This document shows, in pieces, positions 43,600 through 54,606 of a stretch of DNA of 64,000 bases. Numbering within the stretch: position 1 is the first letter of the stretch; each line of letters begins with the position of its first letter. The notes beneath the pieces are model-generated. The model had not been told where the DNA came from and ran no database searches. It saw only the letters and a list, made by a program, of their open reading frames with translations. The position numbers were made by a program, and so were the translations under genes. This DNA comes from a virus (Duplodnaviria; Caudoviricetes), in IMG/VR virus record IMGVR_UViG_3300020045_001604, positions 9,788 to 73,787 of that record. One strand, given 5' to 3'.

Positions 43600-43995
43600 C
43601 TATATTTTTTTTACGTATTCGTTAATATTTTCTCCTGACAATAAATAACCATTATCAGTAAATGTTTTCTTTAATATAGGAGTTCCGCTTACAGTCATTA
43701 TAAACTTTCTGCCAGAATCCTTTAAGTATTGTTCTGTATAATTTAATAAAAACCCTAACGACCCAGAACGTAAGTTTTTGGTACTGTATCGGTTTCCAGT
43801 AATAAACCCTATCCAACATACATCAGAATCACTTAAATAAACAGGAACAGAATATAAATCAACTCCATCATTACTTACGACAAATATATTATTTGGTAGC
43901 ATATCTATATTCATTATTGGAAATTTCCAGTCCGTCCACCACTTACATAATGTGTCGTAAAAATCATGCTTATTCTCTATTCTACAGGAAAACAT
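43600..43995 (-). CDS. GNAT-fold acetyltransferase-like protein
   Basis: Position and pattern like the small acetyltransferases preceding ejection genes; TATCTTTG box at 44004-44011. Confidence 0.5.
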   Translation of the reverse strand: MFSCRIENKHDFYDTLCKWWTDWKFPIMNIDMLPNNIFVVSNDGVDLYSVPVYLSDSDVCWIGFITGNRYSTKNLRSGSLGFLLNYTEQYLKDSGRKFIMTVSGTPILKKTFTDNGYLLSGENINEYVKKI

Positions 43996-44017
43996 TTTTT
44001 TTACAAAGATAACAAAA

Positions 44018-44764
44018 TTATGGGTAACTTTTAAAAATACTACTCCCTACTGAAAACAATTCCACTCTTGATGTATTATCATTCTCTAGCTCAAATTGCA
44101 TATAGTATCCTGTAGCGCCGTACGACTCCGCTGTGCTGTTTTTTATACACAATATATAGTCTGATACCGAAGGAATATTTCCACCTGTTACAGTAGTATT
44201 TATAGTAATTGAATTTGCTGACAATGCTGTAATGGTACCTAACTTTAGTAATGATCCTGAGTTATTCTTGTATGCAATATCTCCAACACTTATAATACTT
44301 CCTATATTAAAAGGAAATGTAACTACAGTTGCAGAAGGAATCGAAGGGTTAACTAATGTAGTTCCTCCAATACCTTGGGCCGATCTCATTGATAAATCAA
44401 TATCATTATCATATCTTCTTATATGCGCAAAGTAGTCGCCTTCTTTTAAAGAAAAGTACGACTTATCTACAAATCCAGTTGCCATGTCTGTTATAACCTC
44501 ACACTTCCAAGAGTCATCACTATTTAATGATATGGTCTTGAAGTTTTTAACTGATCCAGATTCTATATTAAATACACCTGTTATTTTTGAATTGTATTGA
44601 ACTCCGTAGAAATTATTTCTAAGTGAATTAGAGTTGTGTCTATATAAATTTCCATTCTTAAATGTATAGAAATAAGAATTCATACCAATCATTTTTTCAG
44701 GTATAAATGAAAAGAATGATGTCCATCCTTTTGAATCTTCGCTAAATGATAATGTATATTCCAT
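44018..44764 (-). CDS. Tail structural protein (muzzle C-terminal-like)
   Basis: TLSFSE..KGWTSFFSFIPE......YTFKNG.LY.H. Confidence 0.55.
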   Translation of the reverse strand: MEYTLSFSEDSKGWTSFFSFIPEKMIGMNSYFYTFKNGNLYRHNSNSLRNNFYGVQYNSKITGVFNIESGSVKNFKTISLNSDDSWKCEVITDMATGFVDKSYFSLKEGDYFAHIRRYDNDIDLSMRSAQGIGGTTLVNPSIPSATVVTFPFNIGSIISVGDIAYKNNSGSLLKLGTITALSANSITINTTVTGGNIPSVSDYILCIKNSTAESYGATGYYMQFELENDNTSRVELFSVGSSIFKSYP

Positions 44765-44765
44765 A

Positions 44766-45152
44766 TTACGCTAAACAAGCACCTAAATTAGTTATTGAAG
44801 CTGATCCACAAGTTATTGTAGGGGTACTTTGAGCACATACATACTCAGTTACACTTGTTGAAAAACTAGCTCCAATTTGCAATATACCATTACAATCAGT
44901 GTATGAATAATTAACGTATCCTTCACATCCCGGTCCGTCACTCATAGCTACCATTTCATAGTTGAAACAATCAACAGGAGGTGTAGAACATGCTTCAATA
45001 GGAAGTAGTAAACCTTCAAATTGCTGTCTATAATTTCCTCCAAATGAATAATACCCATCAGGGGCTTTTGTTGTTAATGCAGTATCTGTCCATACAGCTG
45101 TAGCTGTTGAAAAATCCGCTGTGTCTATGTAATATGTTCCGCTAGTCGCCAT
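44766..45152 (-). CDS. Cys-rich virion accessory protein
   Basis: Seven Cys, mostly C-terminal; within the tail block. Confidence 0.55.
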   Translation of the reverse strand: MATSGTYYIDTADFSTATAVWTDTALTTKAPDGYYSFGGNYRQQFEGLLLPIEACSTPPVDCFNYEMVAMSDGPGCEGYVNYSYTDCNGILQIGASFSTSVTEYVCAQSTPTITCGSASITNLGACLA

Positions 45153-45176
45153 ATTTTTTTATTTTTTTTTATTTAT

Positions 45177-48100
45177 TTAAACATTACAGTCACATGCTAA
45201 AGCGCTATCCGTAGCGTCGTAACACAACTCAATAGCGTAATGAGGAACATCTCCACACAACTCGCATGCCGCAACTCTATCTGTAGCGTCGTAACATAGA
45301 TCTACACTATAAGCATTTGTTAGATCCCAAACTAAATATAAGTACTGATATCCACTAGGGTTATTATAAACAAATGAAGCTTGGTACTTCCCTGTAACAG
45401 GATTAACTATTGGTGTAGCTTCTGTTAATAACGGTCTTAGTATGTCTATGTCTAAATCAGTATATAATGTATTAGAAACTAAATACTTAAATGAATTAGC
45501 TAAAGGATCAAAATTAAATGTATCTGTAATGTATTTCTCAGATTGAACTTTTATCGTACTTCCTATAGCAGGAATAACTCCTACTGAAGGTTGATTGGTA
45601 TTAGAATCGTACAACGACAATCCGTCACTTTCTAGTAGTACAAGGTCGATATTAGTTGGACTTGTATATCCATCTAATGTCCAGTTATAGTTATTGTGAA
45701 TAGTTTCTCCTTCGTTAGATGGAGAGTTTATTACCACTCTAATAACTGTTATAGGATCTGCTACAGTACAATTAGATATAAGAATATAAGTAGCCTCATC
45801 TGGAGTAATTGTAACTGTTGCAAATGTAGGGTTTATTTTTGATTTATCAAATGTTAACGTTCCAGCTCCAGATACCACTTCGTTTATAACTACAATACCG
45901 TCATAAGATACCTCAACATTTGCTGATCCGTTTTCAAAGTTATAATCAAAAGAAGCCTCTCCAATTACGTTTCCAAATTCTAAATTAAATAATAATTCAT
46001 TATTTGCAGTGTCCTGAGATATAGTAAATCCACACTCTAAAACATCTATAGGGGTTGGTAATTTGTTATCAGTTATAGACAACACGTACTCTTTTAAGTA
46101 TGGATCATAACCTCCTAATTTTTGATAGTTTACTTTATCTTTAAATTCACTTCTAAACCAACCGTTCATTCCTAGTTTAGATATAGGAACTAACGCATCT
46201 GCCTGAGTAGATCCTCCTTTTAAATTTATTACAGATGTCCTCTTAGTATCAGTAAAATATATATCCTCTCCCCATGCAGCAAAACTAGCAGCGTCGCTAC
46301 TTATTCCAAACTCTTCTATTCTAGATATTTGAGTACCTAAAACTTCAGGAACTGACGTTATAGCTCCACCTCCTGCAGCATCAGAAAGTAAATTCTTACC
46401 TGCTAATACATATGATATCTTATCTTCCTGAAGAGTTAATACATCTGTTTTTCTTCCATGAAGTATATTGATTGGTCCAAATGATTTCTCACAGTCTTTA
46501 AAATTAGCTAGCGCTAAGTTAAATTCATTTAACTTATTAACGTTAGTTTCTTCATTGTATATTCCACTATATGTTATTCCGGCGTATCTGTGAGCTTCTT
46601 TAAAGTCTTCTTGAGACACAGCAGTAACTCTACTTCCAAGATAGAATGGAGCTCCAGTTAACGAGTCTCCTATCTTGTAACTTTCAACTCCATTACCAAA
46701 TGTAAAACAGTCGAAAAAATTTAAATCTACAGTCGCAAAAGGACTAGATATAGACTGATTAATTACGTTACCTTGATGATATCCGTCAATAATATTGAAT
46801 GATTCACTTCCTTCGAAGTAAGTCTCTCCGTTTGCTTCGGCAGCTTCAGTTTCGAATACCATTATAGATTCTGCTCTCTGAACTTGAATATGACAAAAAA
46901 CTCTTGAAACTCTTCTGTCTACTCCGCCACAATTTGGAGTACCACTTTTCATTACAAAGAATAATCTACCATTAGTAGTGTCTTCTTGAAACTCATACTG
47001 ATTGGTCCCTGGTATAGCTGGTATATCTCCAGTATAAGGACTTGTTATGGTATCTTTAAAATAGTTTTCATTAACAGTAGTGTCACCTCCGGTTGAATTA
47101 CCAGAAGTTAAGTCAATATGATCTCCAATTATAAATGCAAACAAACTCTCATAATCTTGAGAGGCTGTAAATGATTTATCAAAAGTGTATGTTCTTTCTC
47201 CACAATCACTTCCTCTAGAAGCTCTAGTAACTTTAAAGTTTATATTTATTAAACTTCCAGCAGGCACGTCATAAGGCATAAACTCTAACTCTCCAGGATC
47301 TCCAAATAAAGGATTATCTATATAACATGGATAGGATAAGTTAGCGTAGCTTCCTCCTTCACTTACCTCTCCTTCGTCTATAAAAGAATTCTCAGTATAA
47401 TTAGCAGAGAAGTTAGAAGGCTTAAGTTTCATATATAATCCAGCAGGCTCTATAATATCTTTCTCAGCCGCATTCTTGTTCCCTTCAATAAAATCTTTGC
47501 CTTTAGCTTCTAATGCTAGAACCTTTGTTTTAACTAAATTTCTAAGGACACCATTTGAATCTGCCTTTACAATTAAAGTAGAATTTTCTTGAACCTTACT
47601 TCTATTGTCGCCTTCCAATTTAAACCAAGTAAATCCGGAGTCTTCTTGAAAATAAATATTAGAGTATACTACTTGGTACTGACTCTTAGATGGTTTTACT
47701 ACAAACTTATATTTAGTAGCCCAGCTTGGAGCTAAACTATTTACATTTACTCTTATATAGTTCTTTTTATCTGAATTATACGCAGGTACAAAAACTGTGT
47801 TATTAGTATCGACTAATGCCGTAGAGCTACGACCGTACTCGTCCATATATACAATTGCAACTTCATAATCTCTATTACTATGCAGACTTTGTTTTGCTCC
47901 TAATTCAGAAAAACTAGATGATATTATTGCGCTTGAAAGATACTCGTAAGCATAAACAAATATTCCGGGTGAAGTTTCAAAACTAAACTTTAAAGCTGGT
48001 ATTTGAATTCCTATTACATCAGACCCAAGAGATGAAGATATGACAAATGAACCATCAATATTCAGTATTCCGCTTCCAACCTCATTCCATCCGGATTTAG

Positions 48101-49544
48101 TAATTATTTGACAATTAAAAAAATCTGTTAATGAAGTTCCAGCACAGGCATTAGAATAAACTTCATGAGTAGATATAGCATCTATAAATTCCTGACTAGT
48201 GGCTAACTCATGAACACTTCCATAATCTTTTTGTATATTAAAAACAAAATCATACTCAAAACTATTTTCAGGCGCATCAGTGTAAGAAGCGTCACCTGAA
48301 TAAGAATCGTGTTGTAGATTTATATTTATTGAAATGTAAGATCCACTAGTTAATGATATACCTGATAGATCTATATTAAACTGAGAGTTATTAACTGTTT
48401 TAGGAGTTGATGAATCTATAGTGTATACTGTTCCATCGGTTAAATCAACAGGTAACTCAACGAAACCTACGTCTTCAGATATTAAACTTAAGTCGTAATC
48501 AATATCTATTGCATTTCCGTTGTTATCTTCTATATTATATCCGTCTACATAGTTACCATACATTAATCTATTACCCATTGTTGTCTGGGCTTTAGCTAAT
48601 CTAGGAACATTATCAAAAAGACGAAGCAATTCACTCTCTGTTAGAGTAGTGTATATTTTTTTATTGGTAAATGATATTTGTTGAATGGAATTATCAAACC
48701 ATCCTTCTTGATTTTTATTATACTTTTCTACAACATTTATAATGTTAGAATCAGAAAATTTAAAGCAAATATCAATACCTACTACATTCTTACTACCAGT
48801 ATTGAAATTAATATTAACCGAATTGAATATATTTTCCATTCCGGCATTTTCAAATGTAGAATAATCTATACTAAAATTACCAGGTTCAAAGGCTATTTCA
48901 CTAAACTGAGAAAGAGCGCTATACTCTCCATCCTTGTACTTATATCTATAAGCAAATGATATAAACTTATCAGTTATATAGTTCTCTTCGTCTGGAACAA
49001 ATGCAAGTGTAATATCAGGAGCTGATGATGGAGGAGCAACTATCACAGATATATCACTCTCATCAATTTGATCTATTCCAGCTATTGGCTCGGGATAGTT
49101 TCTGGTTACATTTATTTTTCTTGGAGGATTTAAATTATCAGTCCAAAACAATAAATTATCAATTAAGTTTATACCAGTAACCAAGTACTCTGAATCGAAG
49201 TTAAGCACATCCTCAGATACAACGTGATACTTTAATAATTTCTTATCAGTATTAAATGACACAACCATATCTACGGTAGGAGATGCTACAAGCCAGTATA
49301 TGGTCTCGTTAGACCCATCCTCATATGCTCCGATACAGGTAGCGTCTACAAGAGGAGATCCATTATACTGCAAGGTAGTTAATTTTATATTACCCTTAGT
49401 ATTCTCTACAGCACCTATACTATTGTTCTCAGTAGATCCTATTCTGATATTTAACGCATCAATGTACTCTCCAGCAGGGACTACACGCTCGTCAAAATCT
49501 TTATTCATTCTACCGGCAATGAAATTTACATCAGCGTTTGCCAT
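45177..49544 (-). CDS. Tail stabilisation/muzzle protein (crAss-like, P22 gp10-like position)
   Basis: NFIAGRMNKDFDER..P.GEY.DALNIRI; LFWTDN.NPPRKIN; FAYRYKY.DGE.SA.S.FS. Confidence 0.7.
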   Translation of the reverse strand: MANADVNFIAGRMNKDFDERVVPAGEYIDALNIRIGSTENNSIGAVENTKGNIKLTTLQYNGSPLVDATCIGAYEDGSNETIYWLVASPTVDMVVSFNTDKKLLKYHVVSEDVLNFDSEYLVTGINLIDNLLFWTDNLNPPRKINVTRNYPEPIAGIDQIDESDISVIVAPPSSAPDITLAFVPDEENYITDKFISFAYRYKYKDGEYSALSQFSEIAFEPGNFSIDYSTFENAGMENIFNSVNINFNTGSKNVVGIDICFKFSDSNIINVVEKYNKNQEGWFDNSIQQISFTNKKIYTTLTESELLRLFDNVPRLAKAQTTMGNRLMYGNYVDGYNIEDNNGNAIDIDYDLSLISEDVGFVELPVDLTDGTVYTIDSSTPKTVNNSQFNIDLSGISLTSGSYISININLQHDSYSGDASYTDAPENSFEYDFVFNIQKDYGSVHELATSQEFIDAISTHEVYSNACAGTSLTDFFNCQIITKSGWNEVGSGILNIDGSFVISSSLGSDVIGIQIPALKFSFETSPGIFVYAYEYLSSAIISSSFSELGAKQSLHSNRDYEVAIVYMDEYGRSSTALVDTNNTVFVPAYNSDKKNYIRVNVNSLAPSWATKYKFVVKPSKSQYQVVYSNIYFQEDSGFTWFKLEGDNRSKVQENSTLIVKADSNGVLRNLVKTKVLALEAKGKDFIEGNKNAAEKDIIEPAGLYMKLKPSNFSANYTENSFIDEGEVSEGGSYANLSYPCYIDNPLFGDPGELEFMPYDVPAGSLININFKVTRASRGSDCGERTYTFDKSFTASQDYESLFAFIIGDHIDLTSGNSTGGDTTVNENYFKDTITSPYTGDIPAIPGTNQYEFQEDTTNGRLFFVMKSGTPNCGGVDRRVSRVFCHIQVQRAESIMVFETEAAEANGETYFEGSESFNIIDGYHQGNVINQSISSPFATVDLNFFDCFTFGNGVESYKIGDSLTGAPFYLGSRVTAVSQEDFKEAHRYAGITYSGIYNEETNVNKLNEFNLALANFKDCEKSFGPINILHGRKTDVLTLQEDKISYVLAGKNLLSDAAGGGAITSVPEVLGTQISRIEEFGISSDAASFAAWGEDIYFTDTKRTSVINLKGGSTQADALVPISKLGMNGWFRSEFKDKVNYQKLGGYDPYLKEYVLSITDNKLPTPIDVLECGFTISQDTANNELLFNLEFGNVIGEASFDYNFENGSANVEVSYDGIVVINEVVSGAGTLTFDKSKINPTFATVTITPDEATYILISNCTVADPITVIRVVINSPSNEGETIHNNYNWTLDGYTSPTNIDLVLLESDGLSLYDSNTNQPSVGVIPAIGSTIKVQSEKYITDTFNFDPLANSFKYLVSNTLYTDLDIDILRPLLTEATPIVNPVTGKYQASFVYNNPSGYQYLYLVWDLTNAYSVDLCYDATDRVAACELCGDVPHYAIELCYDATDSALACDCNV

Positions 49545-49549
49545 ATATC

Positions 49550-50467
49550 TTACTTAATCCATTTATCACGACCTCTCATATTCATCAATAATCTACCTGG
49601 ATGAATATTACTCAATCTTATTTTTGCATTTCTTAGAAGGGCTGTTTTATCCTTCTTAGCTCTGTTAACTACGTACTCTTGTACGCCAACTTTTGAGTTT
49701 AGTATAGCATACTTGATGTACGCATATATAAACTCTTCGGCAAGTTTATTTATACTAACCTTGGAGTCGTCACCATTCTGCATTCCGTCTGAAATGTATT
49801 CTAAAATACATAGCTCTCCGGCCATTCCAGAACCAAAATTAATAACACCTGAAGCTTTATCTATTCTATATGTTGGATTTATATTAGCTGTTTCGGTATT
49901 TAAACCATAGTTAGCTCCGATAGAATAGTCGAAGTACCAGTTCTGATCTATATTAATACCCTCTCTACCAGCGTATAAGCCACTACCAGGATACATAGTC
50001 TTTTGTTGATTAGTAACCCTGTCATAATCTAAAATAGAAGTACCCTCAAGTACATTTCCATCCTGATCAAATAATACTCTACAGTTATTATCCTGTAAGT
50101 AACTATTACTATAATTTGTTTGAATATTTTCAGTAAGCGGTCGTAATACACCATCTTTATATAATGATATTCTAACGTAGTTTACGTAGTCGTTAGGTAA
50201 TATAAACTTAAGGTCGTCACAGATACTGATTTCTAGAACCTTAATCTCCTTAAGAGCGTCGTAGTTTATTTCTTGAATTCCTCTTTTTGCGTGAAATAAA
50301 ACATTATATCTCTGTACGTTGTTTATTAACTTGTCGTTACCAACATACATTAGCATAAAATTATTTACAATATCATCTAAAGATATGTACTGGTACGATC
50401 CCCAGTTTTCGTTTTCAGGTAAATTACCTGAATTCTCATAGTATTGATAACCAGTTAAGTATGCCAT
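49550..50467 (-). CDS. Tail ring / head-tail connector protein
   Basis: QYISLDDIVNNFML...LP.DYVNYVRIS; position after the head genes. Confidence 0.65.
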   Translation of the reverse strand: MAYLTGYQYYENSGNLPENENWGSYQYISLDDIVNNFMLMYVGNDKLINNVQRYNVLFHAKRGIQEINYDALKEIKVLEISICDDLKFILPNDYVNYVRISLYKDGVLRPLTENIQTNYSNSYLQDNNCRVLFDQDGNVLEGTSILDYDRVTNQQKTMYPGSGLYAGREGINIDQNWYFDYSIGANYGLNTETANINPTYRIDKASGVINFGSGMAGELCILEYISDGMQNGDDSKVSINKLAEEFIYAYIKYAILNSKVGVQEYVVNRAKKDKTALLRNAKIRLSNIHPGRLLMNMRGRDKWIK

Positions 50468-50469
50468 TA

Positions 50470-51159
50470 TTATCCTTGAGTTTGTTGATTCTTAACTTCT
50501 TCACTTGTTCCGAAAGAGAAAACATCTCCCTCTCTAATAGATATACCAGCAAACTGAAGTATCTTAGCTGTTAGTAAAGGCTCGTCTGACAAAGGCAATT
50601 CGAAGTCCTGGTAGTCAGATGCCGATTGATTAAATAGCGGCTCTCCTCCTGATAACGAAGTATACGTCCACTTAGGATCTCTAGGGTATCTAATGTACTG
50701 AGTACTAACGTTTGATGCTATTGTTGTTGGATATACCTTAATACTATCCCCTTCTAAAACATACGCTGGATAAAGTATTGACGGAGCCGTTAAATTAGAA
50801 GAAAGTAGGTTTAGTATCTTATCTTGTGATACCCTATCCACCTCTTTTGATCCGTATCTTACAGTATTCAGATAGTAAAAGTCGCTTGGTAAATTAAATA
50901 CCGGACTTGAAAATGTTAGTGAAGCTGTTGAAGATAGGCTATCAATAACCTCTTCTACGTTCTTAACTATATCTGCATATCCACTTCCAGACTGTCTAGC
51001 GTTCTGCTTTAGTATCCATGTATTGTACTGGTAGAAGTAGTCTTCAAATATGTCTAACTGCGCTTGCTTAGCGTACAAGTTAAAATCATCTGGAGTAATA
51101 TACCCAAAATTATTCTTGTTAGCTACAGACAATACAGTATTTCTTACTGAGTTTATCAT
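50470..51159 (-). CDS. Tail ring / tubular protein (true start 51159, MINSV)
   Basis: NK...GYITP..FN.YA.QAQLDIFE; LPSDFYYL; Y.R.P.DP.W. Confidence 0.65.
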   Translation of the reverse strand: MINSVRNTVLSVANKNNFGYITPDDFNLYAKQAQLDIFEDYFYQYNTWILKQNARQSGSGYADIVKNVEEVIDSLSSTASLTFSSPVFNLPSDFYYLNTVRYGSKEVDRVSQDKILNLLSSNLTAPSILYPAYVLEGDSIKVYPTTIASNVSTQYIRYPRDPKWTYTSLSGGEPLFNQSASDYQDFELPLSDEPLLTAKILQFAGISIREGDVFSFGTSEEVKNQQTQG

Positions 51160-51175
51160 TCTTAAAAACTTTTTA

Positions 51176-51183
51176 CAAAGATA
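51176..51183 (-). promoter_or_regulatory. -7 box TATCTTTG, just downstream of a terminator hairpin (about 51192-51214)
   Basis: Matches TAnnTTTG. Confidence 0.55.
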
Positions 51184-51237
51184 ATAAAAAAAAGCGCCCT
51201 GTAAAAGAGCGCCTTTAAACATAAAAAGAAAAGTAAT

Positions 51238-51978
51238 TTACTCGATTTTATTCTCAAGTAATCTTAACACTTCAATACCTTCATCTGTCTGTAGGTAAGA
51301 AGCTAATATATAAATATGATTTTCCCCGAAAGGTACCGTCAATAATTTTTTCTTGTTTTGTGGAAGATTAAAGTAGATATCTCTACCTTTATTCTTTAAC
51401 TTTAATAAGTCATACTCAAAGAATTTAGCACATGTGTTACGTAACTGTAACATTGGATCATTCAACATCTCTAAGAACGACATTGGATAATTTCTTGCAT
51501 AAACAAATACGTCACGTTTTAATTCAGCAGTAGACATTTTATCAATTTTAGATCCTAATAGAACTCTAGCTACAGCCTCTAAAGAGTCGATATCTAAATC
51601 TCTCGCTGCAATTTGAGCATCTAATTCACTTGTTAATTTTTCAATATCAGATGAAGCGTCCTTTTCAGTGTTTACTTCTTCAAATACTTGGCCATTACCA
51701 GGGTGTAGTTCTAAAAAATATTGTAGTACTGGATTTGTTTTTGATACTTTTAATGCACCGTCTACAAATACAATAGGTTCTAAAATAGCGTTACCATCCT
51801 GTTCGTCTTCGAACGGGCTCTTTTGGTTAACTGCATATCTTAAAGGTCTGTTTGATTTTCCGTCGAAGTGTAGTAACGGAGATCTACGTGTGTTTCTTGA
51901 TGCTAACATGTAAGATAGCGGAGTGTTTTTTTTCTTAAGTACGTACATCTTGTCTGTACTTGAAATTTGATTTGCCAT
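51238..51978 (-). CDS. Conserved virion protein downstream of the major capsid gene
   Basis: Position; RPLRYA.NQKSPF.DEQ pattern. Confidence 0.6.
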   Translation of the reverse strand: MANQISSTDKMYVLKKKNTPLSYMLASRNTRRSPLLHFDGKSNRPLRYAVNQKSPFEDEQDGNAILEPIVFVDGALKVSKTNPVLQYFLELHPGNGQVFEEVNTEKDASSDIEKLTSELDAQIAARDLDIDSLEAVARVLLGSKIDKMSTAELKRDVFVYARNYPMSFLEMLNDPMLQLRNTCAKFFEYDLLKLKNKGRDIYFNLPQNKKKLLTVPFGENHIYILASYLQTDEGIEVLRLLENKIE

Positions 51979-52007
51979 TTGATAAGATTTTAAATTTAAA
52001 AAAAATA

Positions 52008-52029
52008 ACCAGGGCTGTTACACCCTGGT
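52008..52029 (-). terminator. Terminator after the major capsid gene
   Basis: accaggg-tgtaacag-ccctggt then a T tract on the minus strand. Confidence 0.7.
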
Positions 52030-52046
52030 ATATTGTTAACTATTTT

Positions 52047-53447
52047 CTAGTTCTCGAACAAGAAGAAGTTGTTAGCACCTAAAGTACATAAAGCTCTTTC
52101 TGACAAGAAGTGAACTTCCATAGCATCTAAGCTAGAAGTTTGTGCTCCACCAGCAGAACCAGTAATCCAAGTTTTGTAACGTCTGTCTTCAGTTTCAGAA
52201 GCTCTATAACGAACGTGTAAGAATGGACGTTTAGCGTTTTTACCAAGTACTTGATCGTAAACAGTAGTAGATCCAGCAGGAACTAATACACCATTGATAG
52301 CACCTCCAACAACTCCACCTCTAAGTGTAGCGTCGTTTAAGTATTTCCAGTCAGTTTTGTAGAAATCGTAACCTCTACGGAATCCTGTAAATCCTAAGTT
52401 TAATGCCATTTCTTTATCGTTGTCGAACAATCCGTAAGATGTTCCACCAGCTCCGTAAGAGTTTTGAGCAGCCAACATATCGTCGATATCAAAAGAGAAT
52501 TGACGGTTGATGAACAATACGTTCTCTTCGATAGCTCCTTGCTTATCCAAACGTTGGATGATAGCATCAAAATCAGATAAAGCAGTTGGGTTACCACCTG
52601 ACCATACGTTACCTCTTTGTCCTACAGCGTAGAATAAACCTTCTGATCCTTTGTTTCCAAAAGCAGTATTAGCTACAGCTCCAGAGTTAGCCTCAGCAGG
52701 AACAGCTTCGATCATAGACATTTCTAAGTAATCTTCGAAACGCAAACGAGTTTCGTGCTCAGATTTAATGTACCATAAGTATCCAGTAGCACCATTTTCA
52801 GTAGTTACTTCAACCCATCCGATTTGAGCCATGTCAGAACCAGAAACAGCGTATTTCTCTTTGATGATGATTGGGCTGTTTTCGAAGATATCGTCTTGAG
52901 CCTCTAAAGATTCAGTTTGACCTTCAGTTCCTTTTTTGAATTCAGAACCATAAACAAAAGCAGTAACAGTTGCAGTAGCAGCGAAAGACTGTCCAGCAGC
53001 TTCGTAGTAAGCTACGTCAAAAGTACCAGCAGTATAATCAACAGAAGTGATGATTGCTTTGTTTGAGTTAGCAGCAGCAGCGTTATCTGATAAGAAAACT
53101 GTTTGCCCTGGTTTGAAAGCGATAGAACCTGTTAAAGCATCACTTACTGTAATTGTAGCAGTATCTCCACCTACAGCTGCGTCAGAAGCACAGTCAATGT
53201 ATTTAGTGTGAAGACGACCTTGCTCTGCCCATTTGATAAGGTCTGAGTTAGACGGCATTTCAGCTCCTACTGCTCTTAAGAAAGATGCAACAGAACGATT
53301 TCCGTAACGCTCGAATTCTTTCTCGTAAGTATCAGGAAGATACTGATTCAAGAAGTCGAAATTTGTAATGTAGTTAGTGCTTAAAGTTTGTCTTGTAGCA
53401 CTTGGTTGTAATGCAAACCCTGGGGTTGCTTGTACTGATCCAGCCAT
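52047..53447 (-). CDS. Major capsid protein
   Basis: 466 aa after portal and scaffold, followed by a terminator; strongly biased codons; QYLPD.YE.EFERYGNR..., W.EQGRLH. Confidence 0.85.
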   Translation of the reverse strand: MAGSVQATPGFALQPSATRQTLSTNYITNFDFLNQYLPDTYEKEFERYGNRSVASFLRAVGAEMPSNSDLIKWAEQGRLHTKYIDCASDAAVGGDTATITVSDALTGSIAFKPGQTVFLSDNAAAANSNKAIITSVDYTAGTFDVAYYEAAGQSFAATATVTAFVYGSEFKKGTEGQTESLEAQDDIFENSPIIIKEKYAVSGSDMAQIGWVEVTTENGATGYLWYIKSEHETRLRFEDYLEMSMIEAVPAEANSGAVANTAFGNKGSEGLFYAVGQRGNVWSGGNPTALSDFDAIIQRLDKQGAIEENVLFINRQFSFDIDDMLAAQNSYGAGGTSYGLFDNDKEMALNLGFTGFRRGYDFYKTDWKYLNDATLRGGVVGGAINGVLVPAGSTTVYDQVLGKNAKRPFLHVRYRASETEDRRYKTWITGSAGGAQTSSLDAMEVHFLSERALCTLGANNFFLFEN

Positions 53448-53460
53448 TTTGTTTTAGTTT

Positions 53461-54564
53461 TTAATTGTTTCTATTACTTTTTATTTTTAGTCCTCTTCCG
53501 CTATCTCCATCAGATGCGACAACTTTAAATCCAGACTGAGCAATTGATTGTGGAGAGTTTCTCATCTCCATATCTATATTCTTAATTCTTTTGGTGTTAT
53601 CTAATAACGCCTCTGCTCTACCTTGTTCATAAAAGAACTTAGCAACTTTTTCTGGATTCATAGCGGCAGCTAATGAACGATGGTAACCAACATGGTCTGA
53701 AATTAATCCGTTTTCATCTAAATACTTAGATATAAAATTGGTAACGTCAGATTGTGCCTTCTTAATCTCTGCAACATCTCCGGGTAAAAACTTAATTGTC
53801 TTATCTCCTACATTGAAATCAAAACCTTTGAATTCATCAGAGAAAAGTTCTTCAGTCTTCTTTTGGAAGTATTGAGACTTCTTAAGATTCTCTTCTTGTT
53901 GACTAGTGGAATCTTGAACATATTTCTTGTAAGCATTGTAAGTTTCCTTTTCGTCATCCGAAACCAATCCACCTTTTGACTCAAGAGGCGTCTTATAAGT
54001 TTCTTTGTACTCATCAAAAAACTTCTTAGCTTTAGCAAGCTCTTTTTTCTTAGCGATTTCCTTTTTCTTGATATCCTTAGGATCATCAAACTCTTCATCG
54101 TAAGCAAACTTATCTTCGATCATATATTGAATATCATCTCTGTCTAAGTCCTCTTCTGTTTGAGAGTAGTACTCAACTAATAAATCATCCGGATCCATAT
54201 CATCAAAGTTTCTGTTTAGTTTAACAAAATCTTCAATTCCACGTCCAGTTTCTTTTTTGTATTTAAAATACGCAGCTACGTCTTCTGGTAAGTCCTCTTT
54301 CTTTTCCTCTCTTTCCGCAAAAAGATCGTTGATAGAGTTTACTTCTTTTCCGTATCTGTTCTTAATATATGAAAGAACGTCATTATCTTCTAGCTCTGCC
54401 TTTACTGGCTCTGCTGGTAATTCTACTTCAGTCTCGTTTTGAACTTCTACATGTTCTGGTTCAGCAATACTCTCTTCATGCTTAGCCAATAACTCTTGTT
54501 CAACTTCCTGTACTGATTTTTGTTCGGCGACACCCAAGTCCCTTACAGTGAAAGTGTTTTCCAT
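53461..54564 (-). CDS. Capsid scaffolding protein
   Basis: Acidic, coiled; between portal and capsid; TAACTTTG box at 54581-54588. Confidence 0.7.
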   Translation of the reverse strand: MENTFTVRDLGVAEQKSVQEVEQELLAKHEESIAEPEHVEVQNETEVELPAEPVKAELEDNDVLSYIKNRYGKEVNSINDLFAEREEKKEDLPEDVAAYFKYKKETGRGIEDFVKLNRNFDDMDPDDLLVEYYSQTEEDLDRDDIQYMIEDKFAYDEEFDDPKDIKKKEIAKKKELAKAKKFFDEYKETYKTPLESKGGLVSDDEKETYNAYKKYVQDSTSQQEENLKKSQYFQKKTEELFSDEFKGFDFNVGDKTIKFLPGDVAEIKKAQSDVTNFISKYLDENGLISDHVGYHRSLAAAMNPEKVAKFFYEQGRAEALLDNTKRIKNIDMEMRNSPQSIAQSGFKVVASDGDSGRGLKIKSNRNN

Positions 54565-54606
54565 TTGATTTAATTTTTTGCAAAGTTACTTAATTATAAT
54601 TTTATA

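Noticed and set aside
51160-51222. ORF-track N-terminal extension MFKGALLQGAFFYYLCKKFLR
   Set aside because: It overlaps a terminator hairpin and a -7 promoter box; the real start is 51159. Similar extensions at 7495, 12484 and 31379 were rejected for the same kind of reason
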